A stretch of 64,000 nucleotides of DNA from an uncultured delta proteobacterium (GTDB lineage: Bacteria; Myxococcota_A; Polyangia; Haliangiales; Haliangiaceae), in NCBI GenBank assembly GCA_963848295.1, contig CAWKDB010000002.1, positions 1,408,001 through 1,472,000 on the forward strand, in the 5' to 3' direction. Below are positions 19,509 through 30,435 of this stretch, piece after piece (within the stretch, counting starts at the first letter, position 1; each line of letters begins with the position of its first letter). A program made the translations under genes and the position numbers. The notes under the pieces are model-generated. The model was not told the origin of the DNA. It did no database searches and was given only the letters and a program-made list of their open reading frames with translations.

Positions 19509-22500
19509 GCCGGAGCTCCGTGTTCGCCGCGGCTCTCGGCCGGTGCGGCCGGACGCTTGCGGCGCGAGAACCGATCCATGAACAGGTAGATCACCGGCGT
19601 CGTATACAGCGTGAGGATCTGCGACACGATCAGGCCGCCGACGATCGTGATGCCGAGCGGGCGCCGCAGCTCCGCCCCCGTGCCCGAGCCGAGCGCGAGC
19701 GGCAGCCCGCCGAGCAGCGCGGCCATCGTGGTCATCATGATCGGCCGGAACCGGAGCAAGCAGGCCTGGTAGATCGCCTGCTCCGGCGACTTGTGCTCCT
19801 CGCGCTCCGCCTCGAGCGCGAAGTCGATCATCATGATCGCGTTCTTCTTGACGATGCCGATCAACAGGACGATGCCGATCAGCGAGATGACGTCGAACGG
19901 CTTGCCGGTCAGGTTGAGCGCGAGGATCGCACCGACGCCGGCGGACGGCAGCGTCGACAGGATCGTGATCGGGTGGATGTAGCTCTCGTAGAGCACGCCG
20001 AGCACGATGTAGACCGTGATCAGCGCGGCGAGGATCAGGATCGGCTCGCTCGCGAGCGAGTCGCGGAACACCTGCGCCGCGCCGACGAACTGCGCGCGTC
20101 ATCGCCGGTGGCGGAGCCTGCGCGGCCACCGCGGTATCGATCGCCGACACCGCGTCGCCGAGCGAGACGCCCGGCGCCGTGTTGAACGACAGCGTGACCG
20201 ACGGGAACTGGCCCTGGTGGTCGATCGCGAGCGCGGTGCGCCGGGTCTCGAACCGGGCGATCTGAGACAGCGGGAACGCGGTACCGCTCGCGGACCGGAC
20301 ATAGAGTTTCTGGAGCGCGTCCGCCGACGAGCGATCCTTCGGCCGGACCTCGAGGATGATCCGATACTGGTTGAGCTGGGTGAACGTGGTCGAGACGATG
20401 CGCTGGCCGAACGCGTCGTACAGCGTGTCGTCGAGCACCTGCGCGCTGATCCCGAGACGCGACGCGGTATCGCGATCGACCACGAGGTGGATCTCGAGCC
20501 CGGAGTCCTGCTGGTCCGAGGCGACGTCGCGCAGCTCGGGCAGCGCGCGCATCGTGTGGAGCAGACGCGGCGCCCAGGTGTCGAGCTCGTCCGGGCTCGG
20601 ATCCTCGACGGTGTACTGATACTGCGTTCGGCTGATCCGGGCGTCGACCGTGAGGTCTTGCACCGGTTGCAGATAGGTCGTGATGCCCGCGACCTGCGCG
20701 AGCCTGGGCTGGAGCCGGTCGATGATCTCGGTGACGCTCGCGTCGCGGTCGTCGTGCGGCTTGAGCGCGATCGACAAGCGCCCGCTGTTCGTGGTCGGGT
20801 TCGTACCGTCGGCACCGATCGCCGACGACACCGAGGCGACATCGGGATCGGACAGCAGGACGTCCGCGACCCGCTGCTGGAGCGTCATCATCTCGGGGAA
20901 CGACACGTCCGGCGCGGCCTCGGTCACCGCGTTGATCAGCCCGGTGTCCTCGGTCGGGAAGAACCCCTTCGGGACGCGCACCGCGAGCAGCACCGTGCCC
21001 GCGAGCGTCGCGAGCGTGACGAGCAACGTCGACGTCTTGTGGCGCAGCACGAACTTCAGCGTGCGATCGTAGAACCGGGTGGTCCCCGCGAAGCCGCGCT
21101 CGAACGCGCGCACGATCACGTTCGGATGCTGTTCGGCGTGAGGCTTCAAGATCCACGCGCACATCATCGCGGTCAGCGTCAGCGACAGCACCGCCGACAT
21201 CCCGATCGCGATCGCGAGCGTGACCGCGAACTCGCGGAACAGCCGGCCGACCAGGCCGCTCATGAACAACAGCGGGATCAACACCGCGATCAGCGACACC
21301 GTGAGCGACACGATCGTGAACCCGATCTGCTTCGCGCCGATCAGCGCGGCCTGGAACGGTTTCTTGCCGGCCTCGATGTAGCGCGACACGTTCTCGATCA
21401 TCACGATCGCGTCGTCGACCACGAACCCGGTCGAGATCGTGAGCGCCATCAACGACAGGTTGTTGAGCGAGAAGTTCGCGAGCTTCATCACGCCGAACGT
21501 CCCGATCAGCGACAGGGGCACCGCGACGCCGGGGATGATCGTGGCGCGTGCGCTGCCCAGGAAGAAATAGATCACGCCGACGACGAGCACGATCGTCAGG
21601 ATCATCGTGAACTGGACGTCGTGAACCGACGCGCGCACCGTCTCGGTGCGATCGGACAGGATCGTCACGTCGATCGCCTGCGGCATCGACGCCTTGAGCT
21701 GCGGCAACAGCTTCTTGATGCCGTCGACCACGTCGATGATGTTCGCGCCGGGCTGGCGCTGGACGTTGAGGATGATCGCGCGCGTGCTGTGCGGCTTCTT
21801 CCCCGGCTCGCGGACCGCGGCCCATCCCGCGAGCTGATCGTTCTCGACGTCGTTGACGACATCGGCGACCTCGCCGAGCCGGATCACGGAGTTGTTGCGA
21901 ACGGCGATGATCAGCGGCCGGAAGTCCTCGGCCTTGGTCAGCTGGTCGTTGGTCTGGAGCGCCCAGTCTTGCCGCGGGCCATCGAGGTTGCCCTTGGGTT
22001 GGTTGACGTTCGCTGCGGCGATCGCGTTGCGGATGTCCTCGAGCGTGAGCCCGGCGCCGGCGAGCGCGACCGGATCGACGCGCACCCGGACCGCGGGCTT
22101 CTGTCCGCCGCCGATCGTGACGAGGCCGACGTCCTTGACCTGCGCGATCTTCTGCGCGAGCACCGAGTCCGCGTAGTCGTCGACCTGCGCGAGCGGCAGC
22201 GTGTCGGAGCTCACCGCGAGCGTGAGGATCGGCGTGTCGGCGGGGTTGGCCTTGTTGTAGGTCGGCGGCGCCGGCAGCGTGCGCGGCAACAGGTTCGACG
22301 CGGCGTTGATCGCGGCCTGGACGTCTTGCTCGGCGGCGTCGATGTCGCGATCGAGGGTGAACTGCAGCGTGATCTGCGAGCTGCCGAAGCTCGAGATCGA
22401 GGTCATCGACGCGAGCGACGGCACCTGGCCGAACTGGCGCTCGAGCGGCGTGGTCACCGCCGAGGCCATCGTCTCGGCGTTCGCGCCGGGCAGCGCGGTC

Positions 22501-22715
22501 GACACGATGATCGTCGGGTAGTCGACCTGCGGCAGCGCCGCCACCGGCAGCCCGGTGTAGGCGGTGATGCCCGCGAGCATGAGGCCGACCATCAGCAGCG
22601 TGGTCGCGACCGGCCGCCGGATGAACGGCTCGGAGATGCTGGCCGAACCGGTCGGAGGTAGCGGCTTCTCGAGCGGACCCGGCGGTCCACCGGTCGGCTG
22701 CGAGCCGTCGCTCAC
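19505..22715 (-). CDS. mdtB: RND efflux permease, MdtB-like, frameshift near 20100
   Basis: [43 protein letters not shown]; the C-terminus is the 19505-20071 ORF ([16 protein letters not shown]). Confidence 0.9.
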
Positions 22716-24022
22716 GGCGCAGGCGTTCCGGCCGCGGCGGTCGGCCCCGGCGCGCCTCCCGATCCGGCATGAGTCCGGCGATGGCCGGTGCCGGCTCCGC
22801 TACCACTGCCGCCACCGGGTCCGCCGCCGCCGCTGCCACTCGGCGGTCCGCCGCTCGAGGCCCCGGGTTGGGTCGCCACGACGCGGCCGCCCGGACGGAG
22901 CTGGGCTTGGCCTTCGATCACGACCTGGTCGCCCTTGGCAACGCCCTTCGTGATCACCGTCAGGTCACCCGGCGTCGCCTCGATCGTGACCGGCTTCATC
23001 TGGGCGGTGCCATTCTCGACGACGTAGACGAACGGCCCGTTCGGCCCTTCCTGGATCGCGACCGCCGGAACGACCAGTGCATCTTTGCGGGTCTCGAGCA
23101 GGAGCCGCGCCTTGACGAACGCGTTCGGCCACAGCACCGACTTGTCGTTCTTGACGATCGCCTTGATCCGGAGCTGCGCGGTCGTCGTGTTGATCTGGTT
23201 ATCGAGGATCGCCTGATCGCCTTCGGCGAGCTTCTCGCTGCCATCGTGGTTGAAGATCTGGACCTGAATGCCGCCGCGGGCGAGCGCTGCCGCGACCGCG
23301 GTGAGCTTGTCCTGCGGCACGGTGAAGAACACCGCCGCCGGATCGACCTTCGTGATCACGACGAGCCCGTTGGCATCGCTCGCGTGCACGACGTTGCCCG
23401 CGTCGACCTGGCGGACGCCGGCGATGCCGTCGAGCGGCGACTTGACCTGGGCGTAGTCGAGATCGAGCTGCGCCAACTCGATCTGCGACTGATCGATCTT
23501 CATCGCACCCTCGGCCTGGCCGAGTTGGCCCGCGAGGTCGTCGACCGTGACCTGCGCGATCAGGTTCTGCTTGCGTAGATCCAGGTCGCGATCGTAGTCG
23601 CGCTTGAACGAGTCGCGTTGCGCACGGTCGCGGGCGAGCGCGCCTTGCGCGTCGTGGAGCTGGACGATGAACGGACGCGGGTCGATCTCGGCGATCACCT
23701 GGCCCGCCTTGACCGGCTCGCCTTCGGCGAACAGGACCTTCTCGAGCAGGCCGTCGACCTGGGTGTGAACCGTGACCTGCTGAAATGCGGCGACCGTTCC
23801 GATGCCCTCGAGCCAGATCGGTAGATCCATCTGCTCGACCGTTGCGACTTGGACCGGAACGACGCGGTCGCCGGAGCTGCCCTGCGCCCCGGCTTTTCCG
23901 CCGCTCCCGTTCGCCGCCGATCCGCCATCGCCGTGCTGGCACGCCGCGAGCCATGGGGTCGCGGCGGCAAGGGTAAAGGTCACCGCGATCGCGTGCGCAT
24001 AGCGTGTTGTTCGGAGGCTCAT
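22712..24022 (-). CDS. mdtA: RND periplasmic adaptor, MdtA-like
   Basis: GIGTVAAFQQVTVHTQVDG..F.EG..V.AGQ..AEIDPRPF, G.RQVD.GN, LWPNAFVKAR; first gene of the mdtABC operon. Confidence 0.92.
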   Translation of the reverse strand: MSLRTTRYAHAIAVTFTLAAATPWLAACQHGDGGSAANGSGGKAGAQGSSGDRVVPVQVATVEQMDLPIWLEGIGTVAAFQQVTVHTQVDGLLEKVLFAEGEPVKAGQVIAEIDPRPFIVQLHDAQGALARDRAQRDSFKRDYDRDLDLRKQNLIAQVTVDDLAGQLGQAEGAMKIDQSQIELAQLDLDYAQVKSPLDGIAGVRQVDAGNVVHASDANGLVVITKVDPAAVFFTVPQDKLTAVAAALARGGIQVQIFNHDGSEKLAEGDQAILDNQINTTTAQLRIKAIVKNDKSVLWPNAFVKARLLLETRKDALVVPAVAIQEGPNGPFVYVVENGTAQMKPVTIEATPGDLTVITKGVAKGDQVVIEGQAQLRPGGRVVATQPGASSGGPPSGSGGGGPGGGSGSGAGTGHRRTHAGSGGAPGPTAAAGTPAP

Positions 24023-24054
24023 CGTCGACGACGGCAGGATGGCACCCTTCTCCG

Positions 24055-24070
24055 TGCGAATGCTTTGCCA
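24055..24070 (-). promoter_or_regulatory. Possible sigma54 -24/-12 promoter for mdtA
   Basis: Minus strand TGGCAAAGCATTCGCA has GG-N10-GC spacing, about 33 nt upstream of the ATG. Confidence 0.35.
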
Positions 24071-24147
24071 ACGTATGAACGAGTGTGAACTGCATCCCGC
24101 CGCGAGAGCGCCACAGTGGCTCTCGACCGAGATATAGTCGCGGGACC

Positions 24148-25329
24148 GTGACCACGCGCAGCGCAGTGAAATCTAGTGAGTTGGTGACGAGCACGGCCGC
24201 CGTCGCCGAAGAAGTCGCCGCCAAGCATGCGGCGGACGTCGACCAGAAGAGTCGGTTTCCACTGGAGACATTCGCCGCACTGAAGCACGGCAAGCTGTTG
24301 TCGGGTGCCGTACCGAAATCGCTAGGTGGGCACGGCGCCGGGATGCTCGAGCTCGGCTTGCAGTGCCATGCGCTCGCGCACGGTTGTGGCTCTTCGGCGA
24401 TGATCCTCGCGATGCACCACATCCAGGTCGCGTGTATCGCGCGTCACGGCCTGGGTGCGCCGTTCTTCGACAAGTACATGCGAGAGCATCTGGTCGCACG
24501 CCAAGACGTCATCGCCTCGATCACGTCGGAGAACGGGACGTTCGGCGACACGCGCTCCAGCGTGTGTGCGGTCGAAGTCACGGGCGACAAGATCAAGCTC
24601 GACAAGGACGCCACGACCGTGAGCTACGGCCAACACGCCGATGCACAGCTCGTGACGTGCCGGCGCGCGGCCGATGCGACGGCGAGCGATCAGGTGCTCG
24701 TGCTGTTCAAGCACGGCGACTATACGCTCGACCAGACCGGGACCTGGGACACGCTCGGCATGCGCGGCACGTGCAGCCCCGGCGCGAAGTTCTCCGGCCA
24801 CGGCGGGACCGAGCAGATCGTCCCGGGCTCGTTCGCCGACAGCTCGGCGCAGACGATGGTGCCGTACTCGCACATCTTGTGGGCTTCGTTGTGGACCGGC
24901 ATCGCGGGCGACGCGCTCGGCCGCGCGGCGCAGTATGTCCGCGGCGAGGCGCGCAAGAAGCCGGGCACCGTGCCGCCGAACGCGACGCGACTCGCCCGAG
25001 CGCACGTCGATTTGCAGGCGATGCGCCACAACTGGGAGTCGTGCGCTCGCGAGTTCGACGAGCTCGGCGACGGCCCAGGCGCGCGTGAGGCGCTCGGCTC
25101 GATGGGCTGGGCGCTGCGGATGAACCAGCTCAAGATGAACATCTCGGAGATGGCGCCGAAGATCGTCCACGAGGCGCTGCAGATCATCGGGATCATGGCC
25201 TACAAGAACGACTCGAAGTTCACCGTCGGCCGGCACTATCGCGACGTGCTGAGCGGCGCGTTGATGGTGTCGAACGAGCGCATCGCCGGCAAGAGCGCGT
25301 CGATGCTGCTGGTGTTCAAGGACGACTGA
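24148..25329 (+). CDS. Acyl-CoA (acyl-ACP) dehydrogenase family protein; start uncertain
   Basis: A..VD...RFP.E.F.AL, CGSSAMILAMHHIQ, WDTLGMRGTCS, RHYRDVLSGALMVSNERI. Confidence 0.92.
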   Translation: MTTRSAVKSSELVTSTAAVAEEVAAKHAADVDQKSRFPLETFAALKHGKLLSGAVPKSLGGHGAGMLELGLQCHALAHGCGSSAMILAMHHIQVACIARHGLGAPFFDKYMREHLVARQDVIASITSENGTFGDTRSSVCAVEVTGDKIKLDKDATTVSYGQHADAQLVTCRRAADATASDQVLVLFKHGDYTLDQTGTWDTLGMRGTCSPGAKFSGHGGTEQIVPGSFADSSAQTMVPYSHILWASLWTGIAGDALGRAAQYVRGEARKKPGTVPPNATRLARAHVDLQAMRHNWESCAREFDELGDGPGAREALGSMGWALRMNQLKMNISEMAPKIVHEALQIIGIMAYKNDSKFTVGRHYRDVLSGALMVSNERIAGKSASMLLVFKDD

Positions 25330-25338
25330 GGAGGCGAC

Positions 25339-26253
25339 ATGCCAGCCACCGAATTCGATGCGCTGAAGTTTCACGACGGCTTGGTCAAGGCCGGGCTGAT
25401 CGTCCCGGTCGGCGTGCCGGGCGCGTTCGGCCGCAACCACGTGTTCGAATCGGTCCTCGAAGGATTCAACAACGCGGTCACACGGCTCGCGAAGGACGAC
25501 GGCGCCGAGTACTTCGTGTACCCGCCCGTGATCGACCGCAAGGTGCTCGAGAAGACCGACTACATGGATTCGTTCCCGCACCTCGCGGGCACGGTACACA
25601 GCTTCTTCGGCAAAGAGCTCGATGCACGCAAGCTGTCCGAGCGGATCCACGCTGGCGAGATGTGGGGCAGCGAGATGGGCATCACCGGCGTGACGCTCAA
25701 CCCCGCCGCTTGCTATCCGGTCTATCCGAGCTTCACCGGCACCGTGCCGGCGCAAGGCAAGCTCGTCACGATGCTCAACTGGGTCTATCGCCACGAGCCG
25801 TCGCCCGAGCCGACGCGGATGCAGGCGTTTCGCGTTCGCGAGTTCGTGCGGTGCGGCACGCCCGATCAAGTCGTCGAGTGGCGCGACATGTGGCTCCATC
25901 GCGGCCACGGCCTGCTCGAGGCACTTGGCCTACCGGCGCAGAAGGACGTCGCGAGCGATCCGTTCTTCGGCAAGGGCGGCAAGATGCTCGCGGCGAGCCA
26001 GCGCGAGCAGAAGCTGAAGTTCGAGGTGCTCGTCCCGGTGATCTCGACAGAGCATCCGACCGCGTGCTGCTCGTTCAACTTCCACGAGGGCCATTTCGGT
26101 GAAGCCTTCGAGATCAAGACGCCCGACGGCGCGGTCGCGAATACCGCGTGCCTCGGCTTCGGCCTCGAGCGCGTCTGTATGGCGCTGTTTCAGACCCACG
26201 GCTTCGATCCCGGCGCGTGGCCGAACGTCGTGCGCAACATCCTGTGGCCGTGA
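25339..26253 (+). CDS. Amino acid--[acyl-carrier-protein] ligase (atypical SerRS-like, class II aaRS fold without tRNA-binding domain)
   Basis: YMDSFPHLAG, PAACYPVYP, YRHEPSPEPTRMQAFRVRE.VR.G, ASDPFFG, SFNFH..HFG, TACLGFGLER. Confidence 0.92.
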   Translation: MPATEFDALKFHDGLVKAGLIVPVGVPGAFGRNHVFESVLEGFNNAVTRLAKDDGAEYFVYPPVIDRKVLEKTDYMDSFPHLAGTVHSFFGKELDARKLSERIHAGEMWGSEMGITGVTLNPAACYPVYPSFTGTVPAQGKLVTMLNWVYRHEPSPEPTRMQAFRVREFVRCGTPDQVVEWRDMWLHRGHGLLEALGLPAQKDVASDPFFGKGGKMLAASQREQKLKFEVLVPVISTEHPTACCSFNFHEGHFGEAFEIKTPDGAVANTACLGFGLERVCMALFQTHGFDPGAWPNVVRNILWP

Positions 26254-27224
26254 GAGTCCTACCGCTCGACGCGACCGCGTATCAGCGGCACTCGCTGCAC
26301 GCCGACGCGCGCGTGTGGGTCGAGAAGAACTGCTACGTCGACATCTGGATCGAGGTCATCCACGCGATCGGGTGCGAGCCGATGGCGGTGTTGCCGTTCG
26401 TCGTCGCGCTCGACTTCGAGGGCGATCAATGGACGTTCTTCAAGCCGCCGCACGACGAGCTGCGCGACCTCTACGGCCTCGACGTCCAAGAGCTCAACTG
26501 CTGGCGGCCGTTGCTCGAGCACGCCGAGGAACATCTCGCCGCCGGCAAGCTGATCTCGACCGAAGCTGACGCCTGGTGGCTGCCCGATACGTCGGGCACC
26601 GATTACCGCACGCAACATACGAAGTCGACGATCGTGCTGTCCGAGCTCGACGTCCCGGCCAAGCGGCTCGGCTATTTCCACAACGCCGGCTACTTCACGC
26701 TCGAAGGCGAGGACTTCGACAAGACGTTTCGCATCGGCGTGCCGCACGACCCGGCGTTCATGCCGTTCTTCGCCGAGCTCGTGCGCATCGATCGCGTCAT
26801 CGTGCGGCCCACGGCCGAGCTCGAAGCGATGTCGGGCAAGCTGCTCGCGCGCCACCTCGCGCATCGGCCGACGACGAACCCGGTGCGCCGGTTCGGCGAG
26901 CGGTTCGCGCGCGATTTGCCTGACATCATCACGCGCGGCCTGCCCTACTATCACGCGTGGGCGTTCGCGACCGTGCGCCAGCTCGGCGCGGCGGCAGAGC
27001 TGATGGCGCTCTATCTGCGCTGGCTGACCGCGAGCGGCGACGGCGGCCAGTTCGCGCCGGCGGTCACCGCGTACGATGCGATCTCGACCGGCGCCAAGTC
27101 GTTCATCTTGAAGATCGCGCGCGTGGTCAACGGCAAGAAGCCGTTCGACGGCGGTGCGCTGTTCGGCGAGTGGGCCGACGCGTGGGACCGCGCGATCGCG
27201 ACGTTAGAGCAGCGCGCCGACTGA
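26250..27224 (+). CDS. DUF1839 family protein
   Basis: Y.RH.LH...R.W.E.NCY.DIWIE..H, DFEGDQWTFFKPP, D..WLPDT.GT.YR..H.K, YFHNAGYF.L.GED; overlaps the ligase stop (GTGA). Confidence 0.85.
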   Translation: MRVLPLDATAYQRHSLHADARVWVEKNCYVDIWIEVIHAIGCEPMAVLPFVVALDFEGDQWTFFKPPHDELRDLYGLDVQELNCWRPLLEHAEEHLAAGKLISTEADAWWLPDTSGTDYRTQHTKSTIVLSELDVPAKRLGYFHNAGYFTLEGEDFDKTFRIGVPHDPAFMPFFAELVRIDRVIVRPTAELEAMSGKLLARHLAHRPTTNPVRRFGERFARDLPDIITRGLPYYHAWAFATVRQLGAAAELMALYLRWLTASGDGGQFAPAVTAYDAISTGAKSFILKIARVVNGKKPFDGGALFGEWADAWDRAIATLEQRAD

Positions 27225-27279
27225 GTATTCATGCATCGGCAACTGACGGCTGCACGGCCACGGCGTTAAGCTGTGAGCA

Positions 27280-27702
27280 GTGCTCCGAGTCGGGACCGAC
27301 CTCGTGCAGATCAGCAGGATCGTCAAGACCTACGACGCGTTCGGCGCGCGGTTCGTCCGCCGCGTGTTCACCGACCACGAGGCCGAGTACGCGATCGGCT
27401 CGCCTGCGACCGCGCCGCAGACCAGCGCGAGCCGGCTCGCGACTCGGTTCGCGGCCAAGGAAGCGGCCAAGAAGATCCTGCGCAGCCACGGCATCGGCTG
27501 GCGCGAGATCGAAGTTCGTCGCCGCGACAACGGCGCGTGCGACATCGCGCTGTACGGGGCCGCGCGCGCGGCGGCCGAAGCGATCGGCGCGCACGACTTT
27601 GCGTTATCGTTGAGCCGCGACGGGGACTATGCGATCGCGGTCGTCGTCGCGAATCTGACGCCCTCGTCCCAACACGCAGTCACGAGAACCTATGAGCGAT
27701 AA
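27280..27702 (+). CDS. acpS: Holo-ACP synthase (4'-phosphopantetheinyl transferase)
   Basis: VGTDLV.ISRI...FG.RF..RVFT..E, LA.RFAAKEA..K, W.EIEV, LSLSRDGDYA.AVV. Confidence 0.92.
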   Translation: MLRVGTDLVQISRIVKTYDAFGARFVRRVFTDHEAEYAIGSPATAPQTSASRLATRFAAKEAAKKILRSHGIGWREIEVRRRDNGACDIALYGAARAAAEAIGAHDFALSLSRDGDYAIAVVVANLTPSSQHAVTRTYER

Positions 27703-27943
27703 CGCGTCGAAGATCCGCACCATCCTCAAAGATCACGGCCGGCTGACCAAGGACGCGACCGAGCTCGCGGACGAAGCCGACTTGTATCAAGCGGGCATGA
27801 CCTCACACGCCAGCGTCAACGTCATGCTCGCGCTCGAAGGTGAGTTCGACGTCGAGTTCCCCGATCACATGCTCAAGCGCAGCGTGTTCGAGAGCATCGC
27901 CGCGATTCGCACCGCGATCGACGAGCTGACCGCGGGTCGGTGA
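27692..27943 (+). CDS. Acyl/aminoacyl carrier protein
   Basis: DLYQAGMTSHASVNVMLALE.EFD.EFPD; the attachment Ser sits in the TSH context seen in aa:CP-ligase partner carriers. Confidence 0.92.
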   Translation: MSDNASKIRTILKDHGRLTKDATELADEADLYQAGMTSHASVNVMLALEGEFDVEFPDHMLKRSVFESIAAIRTAIDELTAGR

Positions 27944-30435
27944 TGCGCGGTCGAATCCGCGGTGTCACCGGAAATCGCCGCGTCGCGATCGACCAGGGCT
28001 GGGAGCTCACCGCCACGGCCGCCGGTTCGCACGCCGACCCGAGCCGGCTCGACGAGCTGTGGACCCCGACGAGCGTACCCGGCACTGCAGCGAGTGCGTT
28101 GCGCGCCGGCGGGGTCTCGAGCTGGGACGATCCGTACGCGTTCGATGGCGACGATTGGTGGTGGCGCGTCGCGCTGCCCGCCGACGCCGCGAGCGCGTCC
28201 CCGACCGCACCGATCACGATCGGCTTCGACGGCGTCGCGACGTTGTGGGACGCCTGGATCGACGGCGAATGGGTCGCGCACGGCGATGGCATGTTCACCG
28301 CGCGCGAGATCGAGCTGCGCACGCCGGGCAGTCAGCTCGTGATTCGCTGTCGCTCGCTCACCGCCGAGCTCGCGCGGAAGCGACCGCGCCCGCGCTGGAA
28401 GGTGCCGATGCTCGAGCAGCAGCAGCTGCGTTGGTTTCGCACCACGCTGCTCGGCCGGACGCCCGGGTGGTCGCCGCCGTGCCCTGCGATCGGACCATGG
28501 CGCCCGGTGTGGCTCGAGCGGCGCGTGCTCGCGGTCGGCGAGGTCGCGCTCGACGTCCAGCTCGTCGCCGGCGTCGGGTTCGTTCGGGTCGGCGCCCAGC
28601 TCGGCGATGCCGACGGCGCGACGCTGCTGCTCGCGCACGGCGATCAGCGCGTGACGGTGGCGCTCGCGCTCGAAGCCGGCGCCTGGGTCGGCAGCGCCCG
28701 GATCGAGGACCCGGTGCTGTGGTGGCCGCACACCCACGGCGCACCCGCGCGCTATGCGGTGTCGATCGTCGCGATGCGCAAGGGCGAGACGTTCACGATC
28801 GATCTCGGCCACACCGGGTTTCGCTCGATCACGCTCGATCGCGGCGCGCTCGGCGACGACTTCGCGATCAGCGTCAACGGCGTGCCCGTGTTCTGCCGCG
28901 GCGCGTGCTGGACGCCCCTCGATCCGGTCTCGCTCGGCGCGAGCCCGAGCGCGTATGACGCGGCGGTCCGTCAGATCGTGGACGCCGGCATGAACATGGT
29001 GCGGATCGGCGGCACGATGGTCTACGAGGACGCCGCGCTGCACGACGCGCTCGACGAGCATGGCGTGTTGCTGTGGCAGGATCTGATGTTCGCGAACATG
29101 GACTATCCCGACGACGCCGAGCTCACGCGCGCCATCGAGATCGAGGTCGACCAGCAGCTCGCGCGCTTGCAGGCGCGGCCAGCGCTCGCGATCGTGTGTG
29201 GCAACAGCGAGGGCGAGCAGCAAGCGGCGATGTGGGGGGTCGAGCGCGCGCGCTGGTCGCCGCCGCTGTTCCACGAGGTCATCCCGCGGGTGATCGAACG
29301 CCGGATGCCGGGCACCGCGTACGTGCCGTCGAGCGCGCACGGCGGCGCGTTCCCGCACGCGTCGAACGCCGGGCCGTCGTCGTACTACGGCGTCGGTGCG
29401 TATCTCCGCCCGCTCGAAGATGCCCGCCGCGCGGAGGTCCGGTTCGCGTCGGAGTGCCTCGCGTTCGCGAATATCCCGGCGGCGAGTGGGTTGCCCGGTG
29501 GCGCCGCGCTGCGCGTGCATCACCCCGCATGGAAGGCGCGCTCGCCTCGCGACCTCGGCGCGGGCTGGGACTTCGACGACGTCCGCGATCACTACATGCA
29601 ACGGCTGTACGGCGTCGATCCGGTGGCGCTCCGCGTCGCCGATCACGAGCGCTATCTCGCGCTCGGCCGCGCCGCGACCGGCGAGGTGATGGCGCAGACG
29701 TTCAGCGAGTGGCGGCGCGCTCGCTCGACGTGCCGCGGCGCGCTCGTGTGGTTCCTGCGCGATCTGTGGCCGGGCGCCGGCTGGGGCCTCGTCGATGCGC
29801 ACGGCGCGGCGAAGCCATGTTGGTATCCGGTGCGGCGGGCGCTGCAGCCGACCTGGGTCGCGTTCAGCGACGAAGGCACGAACGGCCTCGTGCTCCACGT
29901 CGGCGACGAGTCCGCCGCGCCCATGCCAATGCGGCTCGACGTCGCGTTGTGGCGCGCCGGCGAGATCGCGGTCGGCCGCGGCGGCGTGGACCTCGACCTG
30001 GCCCCGCGTCAGACGATCGAAGTTCCGGCCGCGTCGCTGTTCGATGGCTTCCTCGATCTGTCGTTCGCGTACCGGTTCGGACCGCCGGTCGCGCACGTCG
30101 TCCACGCCACGCTGTCGACCCGGGCCGACGGCATGCCCGTCGCCCACGCGTACTGGTTCCCCGCCGGACTGCCGGCGACGCGCGAGGTCGAGGTCGGCCT
30201 GTCCGCGCGCGCGAAGCTGCTGAACGACGACCTCGCCGAGCTCACGGTCGCGACGAAGCGGTTCGCCCAGACCGTCGCGATCGACGCGCCCGGCTTTGCG
30301 CCGCACGACGACTACTTCCACCTCGCGCCCGGTCAGGCGCGCACCGTCGTGCTCCGGCGAGTCGCGCCCGGTGCGTTGCGCGGCCACGTCGACGCGCTCA
30401 ACGCGGAGACCGGCGCGAAGATCGAGCTGAGCTAG
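27943..30435 (+). CDS. Glycoside hydrolase family 2, beta-mannosidase-like
   Basis: VPGT, FDGVAT, LWWPH..G.PARY, VNG.PVFCRGACW.P, GMNMVRIGG, GVLLWQD.MFA, CGNSE, Y.PSS, RFASE. Confidence 0.9.
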   Translation: MRGRIRGVTGNRRVAIDQGWELTATAAGSHADPSRLDELWTPTSVPGTAASALRAGGVSSWDDPYAFDGDDWWWRVALPADAASASPTAPITIGFDGVATLWDAWIDGEWVAHGDGMFTAREIELRTPGSQLVIRCRSLTAELARKRPRPRWKVPMLEQQQLRWFRTTLLGRTPGWSPPCPAIGPWRPVWLERRVLAVGEVALDVQLVAGVGFVRVGAQLGDADGATLLLAHGDQRVTVALALEAGAWVGSARIEDPVLWWPHTHGAPARYAVSIVAMRKGETFTIDLGHTGFRSITLDRGALGDDFAISVNGVPVFCRGACWTPLDPVSLGASPSAYDAAVRQIVDAGMNMVRIGGTMVYEDAALHDALDEHGVLLWQDLMFANMDYPDDAELTRAIEIEVDQQLARLQARPALAIVCGNSEGEQQAAMWGVERARWSPPLFHEVIPRVIERRMPGTAYVPSSAHGGAFPHASNAGPSSYYGVGAYLRPLEDARRAEVRFASECLAFANIPAASGLPGGAALRVHHPAWKARSPRDLGAGWDFDDVRDHYMQRLYGVDPVALRVADHERYLALGRAATGEVMAQTFSEWRRARSTCRGALVWFLRDLWPGAGWGLVDAHGAAKPCWYPVRRALQPTWVAFSDEGTNGLVLHVGDESAAPMPMRLDVALWRAGEIAVGRGGVDLDLAPRQTIEVPAASLFDGFLDLSFAYRFGPPVAHVVHATLSTRADGMPVAHAYWFPAGLPATREVEVGLSARAKLLNDDLAELTVATKRFAQTVAIDAPGFAPHDDYFHLAPGQARTVVLRRVAPGALRGHVDALNAETGAKIELS

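Noticed and set aside
14295..22839. Long chimeric ORFs (827 aa, 1517 aa, 934 aa, 881 aa)
   Set aside because: They are frameshift-joined pieces of NCS1/mdtB/mdtC or GC-rich shadow frames, not real fusions.
27865..30387. 840-aa antisense ORF, and similar long Arg/Ala-rich ORFs across the window
   Set aside because: These are shadows of high-GC coding genes with no recognisable motifs.
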